Under the pieces are notes generated by a model. The model ran no database searches, was not told where the DNA came from, and was given only the letters and a program-made list of their open reading frames with translations. 64,000 nt of DNA from Lingula anatina (taxonomy: Eukaryota; Animalia; Brachiopoda). Below are positions 26,986-40,771 of the stretch, piece after piece (positions within the stretch are counted from its first letter, which is position 1; every line of letters starts with the position of its first letter). The DNA is taken from NCBI GenBank assembly GCA_051362555.1, contig CM120648.1, positions 14,318,587 to 14,382,586 of the forward strand, written 5' to 3'. The translations under genes and the position numbers were made by a program.

Positions 26986-29900
26986 TGGAGGTCATACATC
27001 ACTTTTTGGACAGCCTTATTTGATAATTTTGATGCAAGAAGATTTGCATGTAAGAGAAAATTGAATTTTTTTTCTACTTTGGATTGTTTGAAAGTTTTTA
27101 ATGAATTAAAGGAATTAATTTGTTCATTTTCTTTTTGTTTCTTGTGTTATTCTCTATTTCAAAGTGATATTTTAATGCCTGCAGTCAGTTTTGCATATCC
27201 TCCCCTCTGCTGCATTTTAGTGGTTTTTTCATCTGCTTGGGGGCAGCACCTTACAGTAAAGTTCTTGTGACTGGGAGGCTATACTGTTAATTAAGATATC
27301 TTGATTTTATCTACAGATGCAATAAGTGTATTAACGGTAATTAGGACTAAAATGCAGCCTTAGTTGGAAAAGCAGTGTTAATTGGTTTCTTTTTCAGAAC
27401 TTATACATTTTTGTAAAATTTATTGGCATTTTCATTGTGGGACATGGAACTCCCACACGCTTGAAGCAAAACGGTAATCAAATTTTCTACACATTCATGT
27501 TATTTATATTAGATATTTAAGTTGGTGGTAATTTCACTCTTAATCAGCATGTAATATTGCATCAAAATTAACAAAAAAAAAAACTACTTTGTGCTCTGCC
27601 ACCACAAACGTTATGAAAAGAAAAGTGTTATTTATTACAGTGAAGTTATTGTGACTGGGAGGCTATACTGGTAAGGTATTCTGTTAAGGTCTTGGGTAAA
27701 ATTGTTAGAATCTGAAGTATGGTGTTTGTTGAAAGCTTGGAAAAGATTTTTTATGGAATTAAACGTTACAATGGAAATGAATGGGGACTTTTATAATGGT
27801 TTGTAACCTAGAACGAAAGTGGATAGCTAGTTTTTTTAAATATCTATGGCAAATGTAATGCTTAAAATGGATCATTATCCAAACACAATGTTTCTTGCAC
27901 TGAACAATATCTGAAGTATGTCCTGTAAGCCTATTTTTAATCATTACCCTAACATTAAGCCCAACTTTCAAGCCTGGGTTCCCATGCCTAGACCGATCCA
28001 TCTGGAACGGTCTAACTCGATCACAGGGGAGTCTCACTAAATTCCTATCTACTCAACCGGCTTAAATGTCTGAATCGGCTAGAGGGTAAAGATAATTACC
28101 CCCTAACAGGTTTACAAGGCTTGAGAGACATTTAAGCCGTTTAAGTTGATGGGAACTTAGTGAGACTGTCCAGGAAGATAGATCGATCCAACTATCTGTG
28201 GGAATGGTCCCTAATGCTAACCCTAATCCTTACGCTAGCCCTAAGTCTTACCCTAACTCTAGCCCTAAGTCTTACCCTTACCGTAAAATTAACCCCACGT
28301 TTTGAAGCGAGACCCCTGAAAGTTAGCCCCATCTTTTAACTGTTACTTTAAAATCAACCCTACCTTTCACCCCCAATCCATAAAATACAATTTATTGAAG
28401 AAATAACAGACAATAGTGTATGTATAAAATTTACTTTGTTTATTATTATTATTGTCATCTGGATGGCATCTAATGGACTTCTGTGGCAGCTTGTCAAGCA
28501 TACCTTTTTGAACTGTACTGATAACTTTTTCTGGTCTTGAGTCATACATTTTATATTTTGTTAAAACAGTTCTTGTTTTGCATGTATTTGGCTTGTTTTT
28601 AAATGTCTTTTCTCATTTTGACTTGTTCATCTTCACTTTTCAGCTAGCACCGAACACATGAATTGTGGGCATGCAAGGATGGCCCCAGCAATATCCACAA
28701 GCTGCACTGTAGAATGGCCTGGTCCATTGTTCACCTTGAGGACTGCACTGTGTGTCCCAACTGCCACTGAAATTCCTTGACATGCAGACACATTTTGGGT
28801 TTGTTGATGTATTAATGTCAGTGGTTTACTGCTTCTGCTTCTGGCTGTTACTATTAAATTGCTGAGAGAGCACGTACTGCATTTGTCTATTTTGTAGCCA
28901 ATAGCTTGTCTTAATTTATCTTTATCCTCATCAGTCATATGTATAGCCTGTAGCCTTCTGCTAGCTTGTACTTGTTCCAGTGGTACCTTTTTGTACCCTG
29001 GCTTGTTAATGACTTAATTGCCTCTTTTACACAAGTTATGGTTCACATTGCAAAATTTAATCAGGGCATCAGTGGTATAGGTCAGTTTTTTTTATCATCA
29101 TGTTCACATCCCCAGCACCTGCCTGATATTACAGTGAAAATGTCGTAGCACACTGCCGCTTAACATCATCATTGAATCTGTGAATCAGTCTTTAATTGTC
29201 TATTTTCAGTTGTCTAGAAAACATCCCAGAGCTCCAGGATACTTTGGCCGATGCACATGAATTCTGTCTGAGACTGAGGTGATGGATGTCTTTACATTTC
29301 AGTAGGAGTGGAGGGATATTACTTGTTGATGCCTGTGAGGTAGGTTGTAAGCCCTTAAGCCCTTAAGTGCATGTGAATCACCATCTAAAATGCAGTATTT
29401 CACAGGTGCTGGCTCAGTGTCCTTTTGCATTTCCACCATACATGCCTTCAAAGTCTGCTTTATCACCAATGCTGGAGTTAGGGGTTGCTGTAGCATAGTA
29501 TTGACCCCAGTGGTCTGGACACATCTCACAGCAGGCCCGTATATAGCCAGCAATTTCAAAAGGAGGGGGGGGGGGGGGGCTCGTTTTTTTGAAGGAGTAG
29601 ACCTTTTTTGTGTTAGAGAATTTAGTGTTAAAAGCTCCAAAAACTTCAGAATTGATATTAAAAAAAACTAACCCAAATAAATTAAGGGATGAAATCATGC
29701 TGATGTTGAAAGCTGTATTCATTTAAAGTCAAATACAGAATAAATTTGTGGAATACTGAATAAATTTAAAAGTAACAAGTGTTCAGCTTATCAAGTATTG
29801 TCATAACATTACAATTAATTAAAAGCTCCACGTAACATGTAGGCCTACATGACCAGGGGGAAAATCTATTTAGAACTATAGCATTGTGTCGATCATGCTT

Positions 29901-32900
29901 CTGTGCCTTCATTTAATCTCAAAGATGACTTGGTGTGTGTGTGTCTGTACATGTATGTGTGCGTGTATGTGTGTATATGCAAGAGTGAGATGGAATTTAT
30001 ACATCTTGCTATGTTGTCTTTATATAATCTCAATGATGAAAGATGTTTGCGTGTGTGTGTGTGTGTGTAAGAGAGAGATGGAGGTCATACATCACTTTTT
30101 GGACAGCCTTATTTGATAATTTTGATGCAAGAAGATTTGCATATAAGAGAAAATTGAATTTTTTTTCTACTTTGGATTGTTTGAAAGTTTTTAATGAATT
30201 AAAGGAATTAATTTGTTCATTTTCTTTTTGTTTCTTGTGTTATTCTCTATTTCAAAGTGATATTTTAATGCCTGCAGTCAGTTTTGCATATCCTCCCCTC
30301 TGCTGCATTTTAGTGCTTTTTTCATCTGCTTGGGGGCAGCACCTTACAGTAAAGTTCTTGTGACTGGGAGGCTATACTGTTAGATAAGATATCTTGATTT
30401 TATATACAGATGCAATAAGTGTATTAACGGTAATTAGGACTAAAATGCAGCCTTAGTTGGAAAAGCAGTGTTAATTGGTTTCTTTTTCAGAACTTATACA
30501 TTTTTGTAAAATTTATTGGCATTTTCATTGTGGGACATGGAACTCCCACACGCTTGAAGCAAAACGGTAATCAAATTTTCTACACATCCATGTTATTTAT
30601 ATTAGATATTTAAGTTGGTGGTAATTTCACTCTTAATCAGCATGTAATATTGCATCAAAATTGACAAAAAAAAACTACTTTGTGCTCTGCCACCACAAAC
30701 GTTATGAAAAGAAAAGTGTTATTTATTACAGTGAAGTTATTGTGACTGGGAGGCTATACTGGTAAGGTATTCTGTTTAGGTCTTGGGTAAAATTGTTAGA
30801 ATCTGAAGTATGGTGTTTGTTGAAAGCATGGAAAAGATTTTTTATGGAATTAAACGTTACAATGGAAATGAATGGGGACTTTTATAATGGTTTGTAACCT
30901 AGAACGAAAGTGGATAGCTAGTTTTTTTAAATATCTATGGCAAATGTAATGCTTAAAATGGATCATTATCCAAACACAATGTTTCTTGCACTGAACAATA
31001 TCTGAAGTATGTCCTGTAAGCCTATTTTTAATCATTACCCTAACATTAAGCCCAACTTTCAAGCCTGGGTTCCCATGCCCAGACCGATCCATCTGGAACG
31101 GTCTAACTCGATCCCAGGGGAGTCTCACTAAATTCCTATCTACTCAACCGGCTTAAATGTTTGAATCGGCTAGAGTGTAAAGATAATTACCCCCTAACAG
31201 GTTTACAAGGCTTGAGAGACATTTAAGCCGTTTAAGTTGATGGGAACTTAGTGAGACTGTCCAGGAAGATAGATCGATCCAAATATCTGTGGGAATGGTC
31301 CCTAATGCTAACCCTAATCTGTACGCTAGCCCTAAGTCTTACCCTAACTCTAGCCCTAAGTCTTACCCTTACCGTAAAATTAACCCCACGTTTTGAAGCG
31401 AGACCCCTGAAAGTTAGCCCCATCTTTTAAGTGTTACTTTAAAATCAACCCTACCTTTCACCCCCAATCCATAAAAAACAATGTATTGAAGAAATAACAG
31501 ACAATAGTGTATGTATAAAATTCACTTTGTTTATTATTATTATTGTCATCTGGATGGCATCTAATGGACTTCTGTGGCAGCTTGTCAAGCATACCTTTTC
31601 GAACTGTACTGATAACTTTTTTGGTCTTCAGTCATACATTTTATATTTTGTTAAAACAGTTCTTGTTTTGCATGTATTTGGCTTGTTTTTAAATGTCTTT
31701 TCTCATTTTGACTTGTTCATCTTCACTTTTCAGCTAGCACCGAACACATGAATTGTGGGCATGCAAGGATGGCCCCAGCATGATCCACAAGCTGCACTGT
31801 AGAATGGCCTGGTCCATTGTTCACCTTGAGGACTGCACTGTGTGTCCCAACTGCCACTGAAATTCCTTGACATGCAGACACATTTTGGGTTTGTTGATGT
31901 ATTAATGTCAGTGGTTTACTGCTTCTGCTTCTGGCTGTTACTATTAAATTGCTGAGAGAGCACGTACTGCATTTGTCTATTTTGTAGCCAATAGCTTGTC
32001 TTAATTTATCTTTATCCTCATCAGTCATATGTATAGCCTGTAGCCTTCTGCTAGCTTGTACTTGTTCCAGTGGTACCTTTTTGTACCCTGGCTTGTTAAT
32101 GACTTAATTGCCTCTTTTACACAAGTTATGGTTCACATTGCAAAATTTAATCAGGGCATCAGTGGTATAGGTCAGTTTTTTTTATCATCATGTTCACATC
32201 CCCAGCACCTGCCTGATATTACAGTGAAAATGTCGTAGCACACTGCCGCTTAACATCATCATTGAATTTGTGAATCAGTCTTTAATTGTCTATTTTCAGT
32301 TGTCTAGAAAACATCCCAGAGCTCCAGGATACTTTGGCCGATGCACATGAATTCTGTCTGAGACTGAGGTGATGGATGTCTTTACATTTCAGTAGGAGTG
32401 GAGGGATATTACTTGTTGATGCCTGTGAGGTAGGTTGTAAGCCCTTAAGCCCTTAAGTGCATGTGAATCACCATCTAAAACGCAGTATTTCACAGGTGCT
32501 GGCTCAGTGTCCTTTTGCATTTCCACCATACATGCCTTCAAAGTCTGTTTTATCACCAATGCTGGAGTTAGGGGTTGCTGTAGCATAGTATTGACCCCAG
32601 TGGTCTGGACACATCTCACAGCAGGCCCGCATATAGCCAGCAATTTCAAAAGGAGGGGGGGGGCTCGTTTTTTTGAAGGAGTAGACCTTTTTTATGTTAG
32701 AGAATTTAGTGTTAAAAGCTCCAAAAACTTCAGAATTGATATAAAAAAAAACTAACCCAAATAAATTAAGGGATGAAATCATGCTGATGTTGAAAGCTGT
32801 ATTCATTTAAAGTCAAATACAGAATAAATTTGTGGAATGCTGAATAAATTTAAAAGTAACAAGTGTTCAGCTTATCAAGTATTGTCATAACATTACAATT

Positions 32901-33499
32901 AATTAAAAGCTCCACGTAACATGTAGGCCTACATGACCAGGGGGAAAATCTATTTAGAGCTATAGCATTGTGTCATGCTTCTGTGCCTTCATTTAATCTC
33001 AAAGATGACTTGGTGTGTGTGTGTCTGTACATGTATGTGTGCGTGTATGTGTGTATATGCAAGAGTGAGATGGAATTTATACATCTTGCTACGTTGTCTT
33101 TATATAATCTCAATGATGAAAGATGTGTGCGTGTGTGTGTGTGTGTGTAAGAGAGAGATGGAGGTCATACATCACTTTTTGGACAGCCTTATTTGATAAT
33201 TTTGATGCAAGAAGATTTGCATATAAGAGAAAATTGAATTTTTTTTCTACTTTGGATTGTTTGAAAGTTTTTAATGAATTAAAGGAATTAATTTGTTCAT
33301 TTTCTTTTTGTTTCTTGTGTTATTCTCTATTTCAAAGTGATATTTTAATGCCTGCAGTCAGTTTTGCATATCCTCCCCTCTGCTGCATTTTAGTGCTTTT
33401 TTCATCTGCTTGGGGGCAGCACCTTACAGTAAAGTTCTTGTGACTGGGAGGCTATACTGTTAGATAAGATATCTTGATTTTATATACAGATGCAATAAG

Positions 33500-33667
33500 C
33501 AGGGGCGGATTTAGGCCGTCTTCTGGGTCTTCCAGGAGACGGTCAGATTTTCAAGTTTACATTGACGGGTATCCAATTTTTAATGTTGGAAGACGGTCAA
33601 AATTGGAGGATGAATCAACAAAGATAATTTGGAAGACTGTCAGTATATAGCTCTGGATCCGCCCCTG
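33500..33667. mobile_element. MITE with CAGGGGCGGAT ends and 5-bp TSD, present only in unit 5
   Basis: caggggcggattta ... tggatccgcccctg; TSD ataag; empty site gatgcaataagtgtatt in the other units. Confidence 0.96.
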
Positions 33668-34843
33668 ATAAGTGTATTAACGGTAATTAGGACTAAACTG
33701 CAGTCTTAGTTGGAAAAGCAGTGTTAATTGGTTTCTTTTTCAGAAGTTATACATTTTTGTGAAATTTATTGGCATTTTCATTGTGGGACATGGAACTCCC
33801 ACACGCTTGAAGCAAAAACGGTAATCAGATTTTCTACACATCCATGTTATTTATATTAGATATTTAAGTTGGTGGTAATTTTAATCAGCATGTAATATTG
33901 CATCAAAATTGACAAAAAAAACTACTTTGTGCTCTGCCACCACAAACGTTATGAAAAGAAAAGTGTTATTTATTACAGTGAAGTTATTGTGACTGGGAGG
34001 CTATACTGGTAAGGTATTCTGTTTAGGTCTTGGGTAAAATTGTTAGAATCTGAATGCACATGAATTCTGTCTGAGACTGAGGTGATGGATGTCTTTACAT
34101 TTCAGTAGGAGTGGAGGGATATTACTTGTTGATGCCTGTGAGGTAGGTTGTAAGCCCTTAAGCCCTTAAGTACATGTGAATCACCATCTAAAATGCAGTA
34201 TTTCACAGGTGCTGGCTCAGTGTCCTTTTGCATTTCCACCATACATGCCTTCAAAGTCTGCTTTATCACCAATGCTGGAGTTAGGGGTTGCTGTAGCATA
34301 GTATTGACCCCAGTGGTCTGGACACATCTCACAGCAGGCCCGTATATAGCCAGCAATTTCAAAAGGAGGAGGGGGGGGGGGGCTCATTTTTTTGAAGGAG
34401 TGGACCTTTTTTGTGTTAGAGAATTTAGTGTTAAAAGCTCCAAAAACTTCAGAATTGATATAAAAAAAAACTAACCCAAATAAATTAAGGGATGAAATCA
34501 TGCTGATGTTGAAAGCTGTATTCATTTAAAGTCAAATACAGAATAAATTTGTGGAATGCTGAATAAATTTAAAAGTAACAAGTGTTCAGCTTATCAAGTA
34601 TTGTCATAACATTACAATTAATTAAAAGCTCCACGTAACATGTAGGCCTACATGACCAGGGGGAAAATCTATTTAGAGCTATAGCATTGTGTCATGCTTC
34701 TGTGCCTTCATTTAATCTCAAAGATGACTTGGTGTGTGTGTGTCTGTATGTATGCGTGTATGTGTGTATATGCAAGAGTGAGATGGAATTTATACATCTT
34801 GCTACGTTGTCTTTATATAATCTCAATGATGAAAGATGTGTGC

Positions 34844-34893
<50 letters not shown>

Positions 34894-37800
34894 TGGAGGT
34901 CATACATCACTTTTTGGACAGCCTTATTTGATAATTTTGATGCAAGAAGATTTGCATATAAGAGAAAATTGAATTTTTTTTCTACTTTGGATTGTTTGAA
35001 AGTTTTTAATGAATTAAAGGAATTAATTTGTTCATTTTCTTTTTGTTTCTTGTGTTATTCTCTATTTCAAAGTGATACTTTAATGCCTGCAGTCAGTTTT
35101 GCATATCCTCCCCTCTGCTGCATTTTAGTGCTTTTTTCATCTGCTTGGGGGCAGCACCTTACAGTAAAGTTCTTGTGACTGGGAGGCTATACTGTTAATA
35201 AGGATATCTTGATTTTATATACAGATGCAATAAGTGTATTAACGGTAATTAGGACTAAAATGCAGCCTTAGTTGGAAAAGCAGTGGTAATTGGTTTCTTT
35301 TTCAGAAGTTATACATTTTTGTGAAATTTATTGGCATTTTCATTGTGGGACATGGAACTCCCACACGCTTGAATCAAAAACGGTAATCAAATTTTCTACA
35401 CATCCATGTTATTTATATTAGATATTTAAGTTGGTGGTAATGTCACTTTTAATCAGCATGTAATATTGCATCAAAATTGACAAAAAAAAACTACTTTGTG
35501 CTCTGCCACCACAAACGTTATGAAAAGAAAAGTGTTATTTATTACAGTGAAGTTATTGGGACTGGGAGGCTATACTGGTAAGGTATTCTGTTTAGGTCTT
35601 GGGTAAAATTGTTAGAATCTGAAGTATGGTGTTTGTTGAAAGCATGGAAAAGATTTTTTATGGAATTAAACGTTACCATGGAAATGAATGGGCCTTTTTA
35701 TGATGGTTTGTAACCTAGAACGAAAGTGGATAGCTAGTTTTTTTTAATTTCTATGGCAAATGTAATGCTTAAAATGGATCATTATCCAAACACAATGTTT
35801 CTTGCACTGAACAATATCTGAAGTATGTCCTGTAAGCCTATTTTTAATCATTACCCTAACATTAAGCCCAACTTTTAAGCCTGGGTTCCCATGCCTAGAC
35901 CGATCCATCTGGAACGGTCTAACTCGATCCCAGGGGAGTCTCACTAAATTCCTATCTACTCAACTGGCTTAAGTGTCTGAATCGGCTAGAGGGTAAAGAT
36001 AATTACCCCCTAACAGGTTTACAAGGCTTGAGAGACATTTAAGCCGTTTAAGTTGATGGGAACTTAGTGAGGCTGTCCAGGAAGATAGATAGATCCAAAT
36101 ATCTGTGGCAATGGTCCCTAATGCTAACCCTAATCCTTACGCTAGCCCTAAGTCTTACCCTAACTCTAGCCCTAAGTCTTACCCTTACCGTAAAATTAAC
36201 CCCACGTTTTGAAGCGAGACCCCTGAAAGTTAGCCCCATCTTTTAAGTGTTACTTTAAAATCAACCCTACCTTTCACCCCCAATCCATAAAAAACAATTT
36301 ATTGAAGAAATAACAGACAATAGTGTATGTATAAAATTCACTTTGTTTATTATTATTATTGTCATCTGGATGGCATCTAATGGACTTCTGTGGCAGCTTG
36401 TCAAGCATACCTTTTCGAACTGTACTGATAACTTTTTTTGGTCTTCAGTCATACATTTTATATTTTGTTAAAACAGTTCTTGTTTTGCATGTATTTGACT
36501 TGTTTTTAAATGTCTTTTCTCATTTTGACTTGTTCATCTTCACTTTTCAGCTAGCACCGAACACATGAATTGTGGGCATGCAAGGATGGCCCCAGCATGA
36601 TCCACAAGCTGCACTGTAGAATGGCCTGGTCCATTGTTCACCTTGAGGACTGCACTGTGTGTCCCAACTGCCACTGAAATTCCTTGACATGCAGACACAT
36701 TTTGGGTTTGTTGATGTATTAATGTCAGTGGTTTACTGCTTCTGCTTCTGGCTGTTACTATTAAATTGCTGAGAGAGCACGTACTGCATTTGTCTATTTT
36801 GTAGCCAATAGCTTGTCTTAATTTATCTTTATCCTCATCAGTCATATGTATAGCCTGTAGCCTTCTGCTAGCTTGTACTTGTTCCAGTGGTACCTTTTTG
36901 TACCCTGGCTTGTTAATGACTTAATTGCCTCTTTTACACAAGTTATGGTTCACATTGCAAAATTTAATCAGGGCATCAGTGGTATAGGTCAGTTTTTTTA
37001 TCATCATGTTCACATCCCCAGCACCTGCCTGATATTACAGTGAAAATGTCGTAGCACACTGCCGCTTAACATCAACATTGAATCTGTTAATCAGTCTTTA
37101 ATTGTCTATTTTCAGTTGTCTAGAAAACATCCCAGAGCTCCAGGATACTTTGGCCGATGCACATGAATTCTGTCTGAGACTGAGGTGATGGATGTCTTTA
37201 CATTTCAGTAGGAGTGGAGGGACATTACTTGTTGATGCCTGTGAGGTAGGTTGTAAGCCCTTAAGCCCTTAAGTGCATGTGAATCACCATCTAAAATGCA
37301 GTATTTCACAGGTGCTGGCTCAGTGTCCTTTTGCATTTCCACCATACATGCCTTCAAAGTCTGCTTTATCACCAATGCTGGAGTTAGGGGTTGCTGTAGC
37401 ATAGTATTGACCCCAGTGGTCTGGACACATCTCACAGCAGGCCCGCATATAGCCAGCAATTTCAAAAGGAGGGGGGGGGGGGCTCGTTTTTTTGAAGGAG
37501 TAGACCTTTTTTGTGTTAGAGAATTTAGTGTTAAAAGCTCCAAAAACTTCAGAATTGATATAAAAAAAACTAACCCAAATAAATTAAGGGATGAAATCAT
37601 GCTGATGTTGAAAGCTGTATTCATTTAAAGTCAAATACAGAATAAATTTGTGGAATGCTGAATAAATTTAAAAGTAACAAGTGTTCAGCTTATCAAGTAT
37701 TGTCATAACATTACAATTAATAAAAAGCTCCACGTAACATGTAGGCCTACATGACCAGGGGGAAAATCTATTTAGAACTATAGCATTGTGTCGATCATGC

Positions 37801-40771
37801 TTCTGTGCCTTCATTTAATCTCAAAGATGACTTGGTGTGTGTGTTTGTCTGTACATGTATGTGTGCGTGTACATGTATGTGTGTATATGCAAGAGTGAGA
37901 TGGAATTTATACATCTTGCTACGTTGTCTTTATATAATCTCAATGATGAAAGATGTGTGCGTGTGTGTGTGTGTGTGTGTGTAAGAGAAAGATGGAGGTC
38001 ATACATCACTTTTTGGACAGCCTTATTTGATAATTATGATGCAAGAAGATTTGCATATAAGAGAAAATTGAATTTTTTTTCTACTTTGGATTGTTTGAAA
38101 GTTTTTAATGAATTAAAGGAATTAATTTGTTCATTTTCTTTTTGTTTCTTGTGTTATTCTCTATTTCAAAGTGATATTTTAATGCCTGCAGTCAGTTTTG
38201 CATATCCTCCCCTCTGCTGCATTTTAGTGCTTTTTTCATCTGCTTGGGGGCAGCACCTTACAGTAAAGTTCTTGTGACTGGGAGGCTATACTGTTAATTA
38301 AGATATCTTGATTTTATATACAGATCCAATAAGTGTATTAACGGTAATTAGGACTAAACTGCAGCCTTAGTTGGAAAAGCAGTGTTAATTGGTTTCTTTT
38401 TCAGAAGTTATACAATTTTGTAAAATTTATTGGCATTTTCATTGTGGGACATGGAACTCCCACACGCTTGAAGCAAAAACGGTAATCAAATTTTCTACAC
38501 ATCCATGTTATTTATATTAGATATTTAAGTTGGTGGTAATTTCACTTTTAATCAGCATGTAATATTGCATCAAAATTGACAAAAAAAACTACTTTGTGCT
38601 CTGCCACCACAAACGTTATGAAAAGAAAAGTGTTATTTATTACAGTGAAGTTATTGTGACTGGGAGGCTATACTGGTAAGGTATTCTGTTTAGGTCTTGG
38701 GTAAAATTGTTAGAATCTGAAGTATGGTGTTTGTTGAAAGCATGGAAAAGATTTTTTATGGAATTAAACGTTACAATGGAAATGAATGGGCCTTTTTATG
38801 ATGGTTTGTAACCTAGAACGAAAGTGGATAGCTATTTTTTTTTTTAATTTCTATGGCAAATGTAATGCTTAAAATGGATCATTATCCAAACACAATGTTT
38901 CTTGCACTGAACAATATCTGAAGTATGTCCTGTAAGCCTATTTTTAATCATTACCCTAACATTAAGCCCAACTTTCAAGCCTGGGTTCCCATGCCTAGAC
39001 CGATCCATCTGGAGCGGTCTAACTCGATCCCAGGGGAGTCTCACTAAATTCCTATTTACTCAACCGGCTTAAGTGTCTGAATCGGCTAGAGGGTAAAGAT
39101 AATTACCCCCTAACAGGTTTACAAGGCTTGAGAGACATTTAAGCCGTTTAAGTTGATAGGAACTTAGTGAGACTGTCCAGGAAGATAAATCGATCCAAAT
39201 ATCTGTGGGAATGGTCCCTAATGCTAACCCTAATCCTTACGCTAGCCGTAAGTCTTACCCTAACTCTAGCCCTAAGTCTTACCCTCACCGTAAAATTAAC
39301 CCCACGTTTTGAAGCGAGACCCCTGAAAGTTAGCCCCATATTTTAAGTGTTACTTTAAAATCAACCCTACCTTTCACCCCCAATCCATAAAAAACAATTT
39401 ATTGAAGAAATAACAGACAATAGTGTATGTATAAAATTCACTTTGTTTATTATTATTATTGTCATCTGGATGGCATCTAATGGACTTCTGTGGCAGCTTG
39501 TCAAGCATACCTTTTCGAACTGTACTGATAACTTTTTCTGGTCTTGAGTCATACATTTTATATTTTGTTAAAACAGTTCTTGTTTTGCATGTATTTGGTT
39601 TGTTTTTAAATGTCTTTTCTCATTTTGACTTGTTCATCTTCACTTTTCAGCTAGCACCGAACACATGAATTGTGGGCATGCAAGGATGGCCCCAGCATGA
39701 TCCACAAGCTGCACTGTAGAATGGCCTGGTCCATTGTTCACCTTGAGGACTGCACTGTGTGTCCCAACTGCCACTGAAATTCCTTGACATGCAGACACAT
39801 TTTGGGTTTGTTGATGTATTAATGTCAGTGGTTTACTGCTTCTGCTTCTGGCTGTTACTATTAAATTGCTGAGAGAGCACGTACTGCATTTGTCTATTTT
39901 GTAGCCAATATAGCTTGTCTTAATTTATCTTTATCCTCATCAGTCATATGTATAGCCTGTAGCCTTCTGCTAGCTTGTACTTGTTCCAGTGGTACCTTTT
40001 TGTACCCTGGCTTGTTAATGACTAAATTGCCTCTTTTACACAAGTTATGGTTCACATTGCAAAATTTAATCAGGGCATCAGTGGTATAGGTCAGTTTTTT
40101 TATCATCATGTTCACATCCCCAGCACCTGCCTGATATTACAGTGAAAATGTCGTAGCACACTGCCGCTTAACATCAACATTGAATCTGTTAATCAGTCTT
40201 TAATTGTCTATTTTCAGTTGTCTAGAAAACATCCCAGAGCTCCAGGATACTTTGGCCGATGCACATGAATTCTGTCTGAGACTGAGGTGATGGATGTCTT
40301 TACATTTCAGTAGGAGTGGAGGGATATTACTTGTTGATGCCTGTGAGGTAGGTTGTAAGCCCTTAAGTGTATGTGAATCACCATCTCAAAGATTACTTGG
40401 TGTGTGTGTCTGTATGTGTGCGTGTATGTGTGTATATGCAAGAGTGAGATGGAATTTATACATCTTGTCATGCTACATGTACGTTGCCTTTGAATAATCT
40501 CAATGATGAATGATGTGTGTGTGTGTGTGTACGTGCGTAAGAGAGAGATGGAGGTTGCACATCACTTTTTGGACAGCCTTATTTGATAATTTTGATGCAA
40601 GAAGATTTGCATATAAGAGAAAATTGAATTTTTTTCTACTTTGGAATGTTTGAAAGTTTTTAATGAATTAAAGGAATTAATTTGTTCTTCTTTTTTTTTT
40701 GTTTCGTGTGTTTTTCTCTATTTCAAAGTGATATTTTAATGCCTGCAGTGAGTTTTGCATACCCTCCCCTC

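Larger units (their letters stand above)
21244..40425 (+). repeat. Tandem macrosatellite of seven near-identical units (full unit ~3.09 kb)
   Basis: Unit anchor atgtgtgtatatgcaagagtgag at 21244, 24333, 26870, 29967, 33047, 34760, 37877 and 40426, giving lengths 3089, 2537, 3097, 3080, 1713, 3117 and 2549; the same ORFs recur in the track. Confidence 0.98.

Noticed and set aside
21244-40425. Tandem gene cluster or CRISPR-like array suggested by recurring ORFs
   Set aside because: Units are kilobase-long with no unique spacers. The recurring ORFs derive from (GT)n, telomere-like repeats or broken transposase frames.
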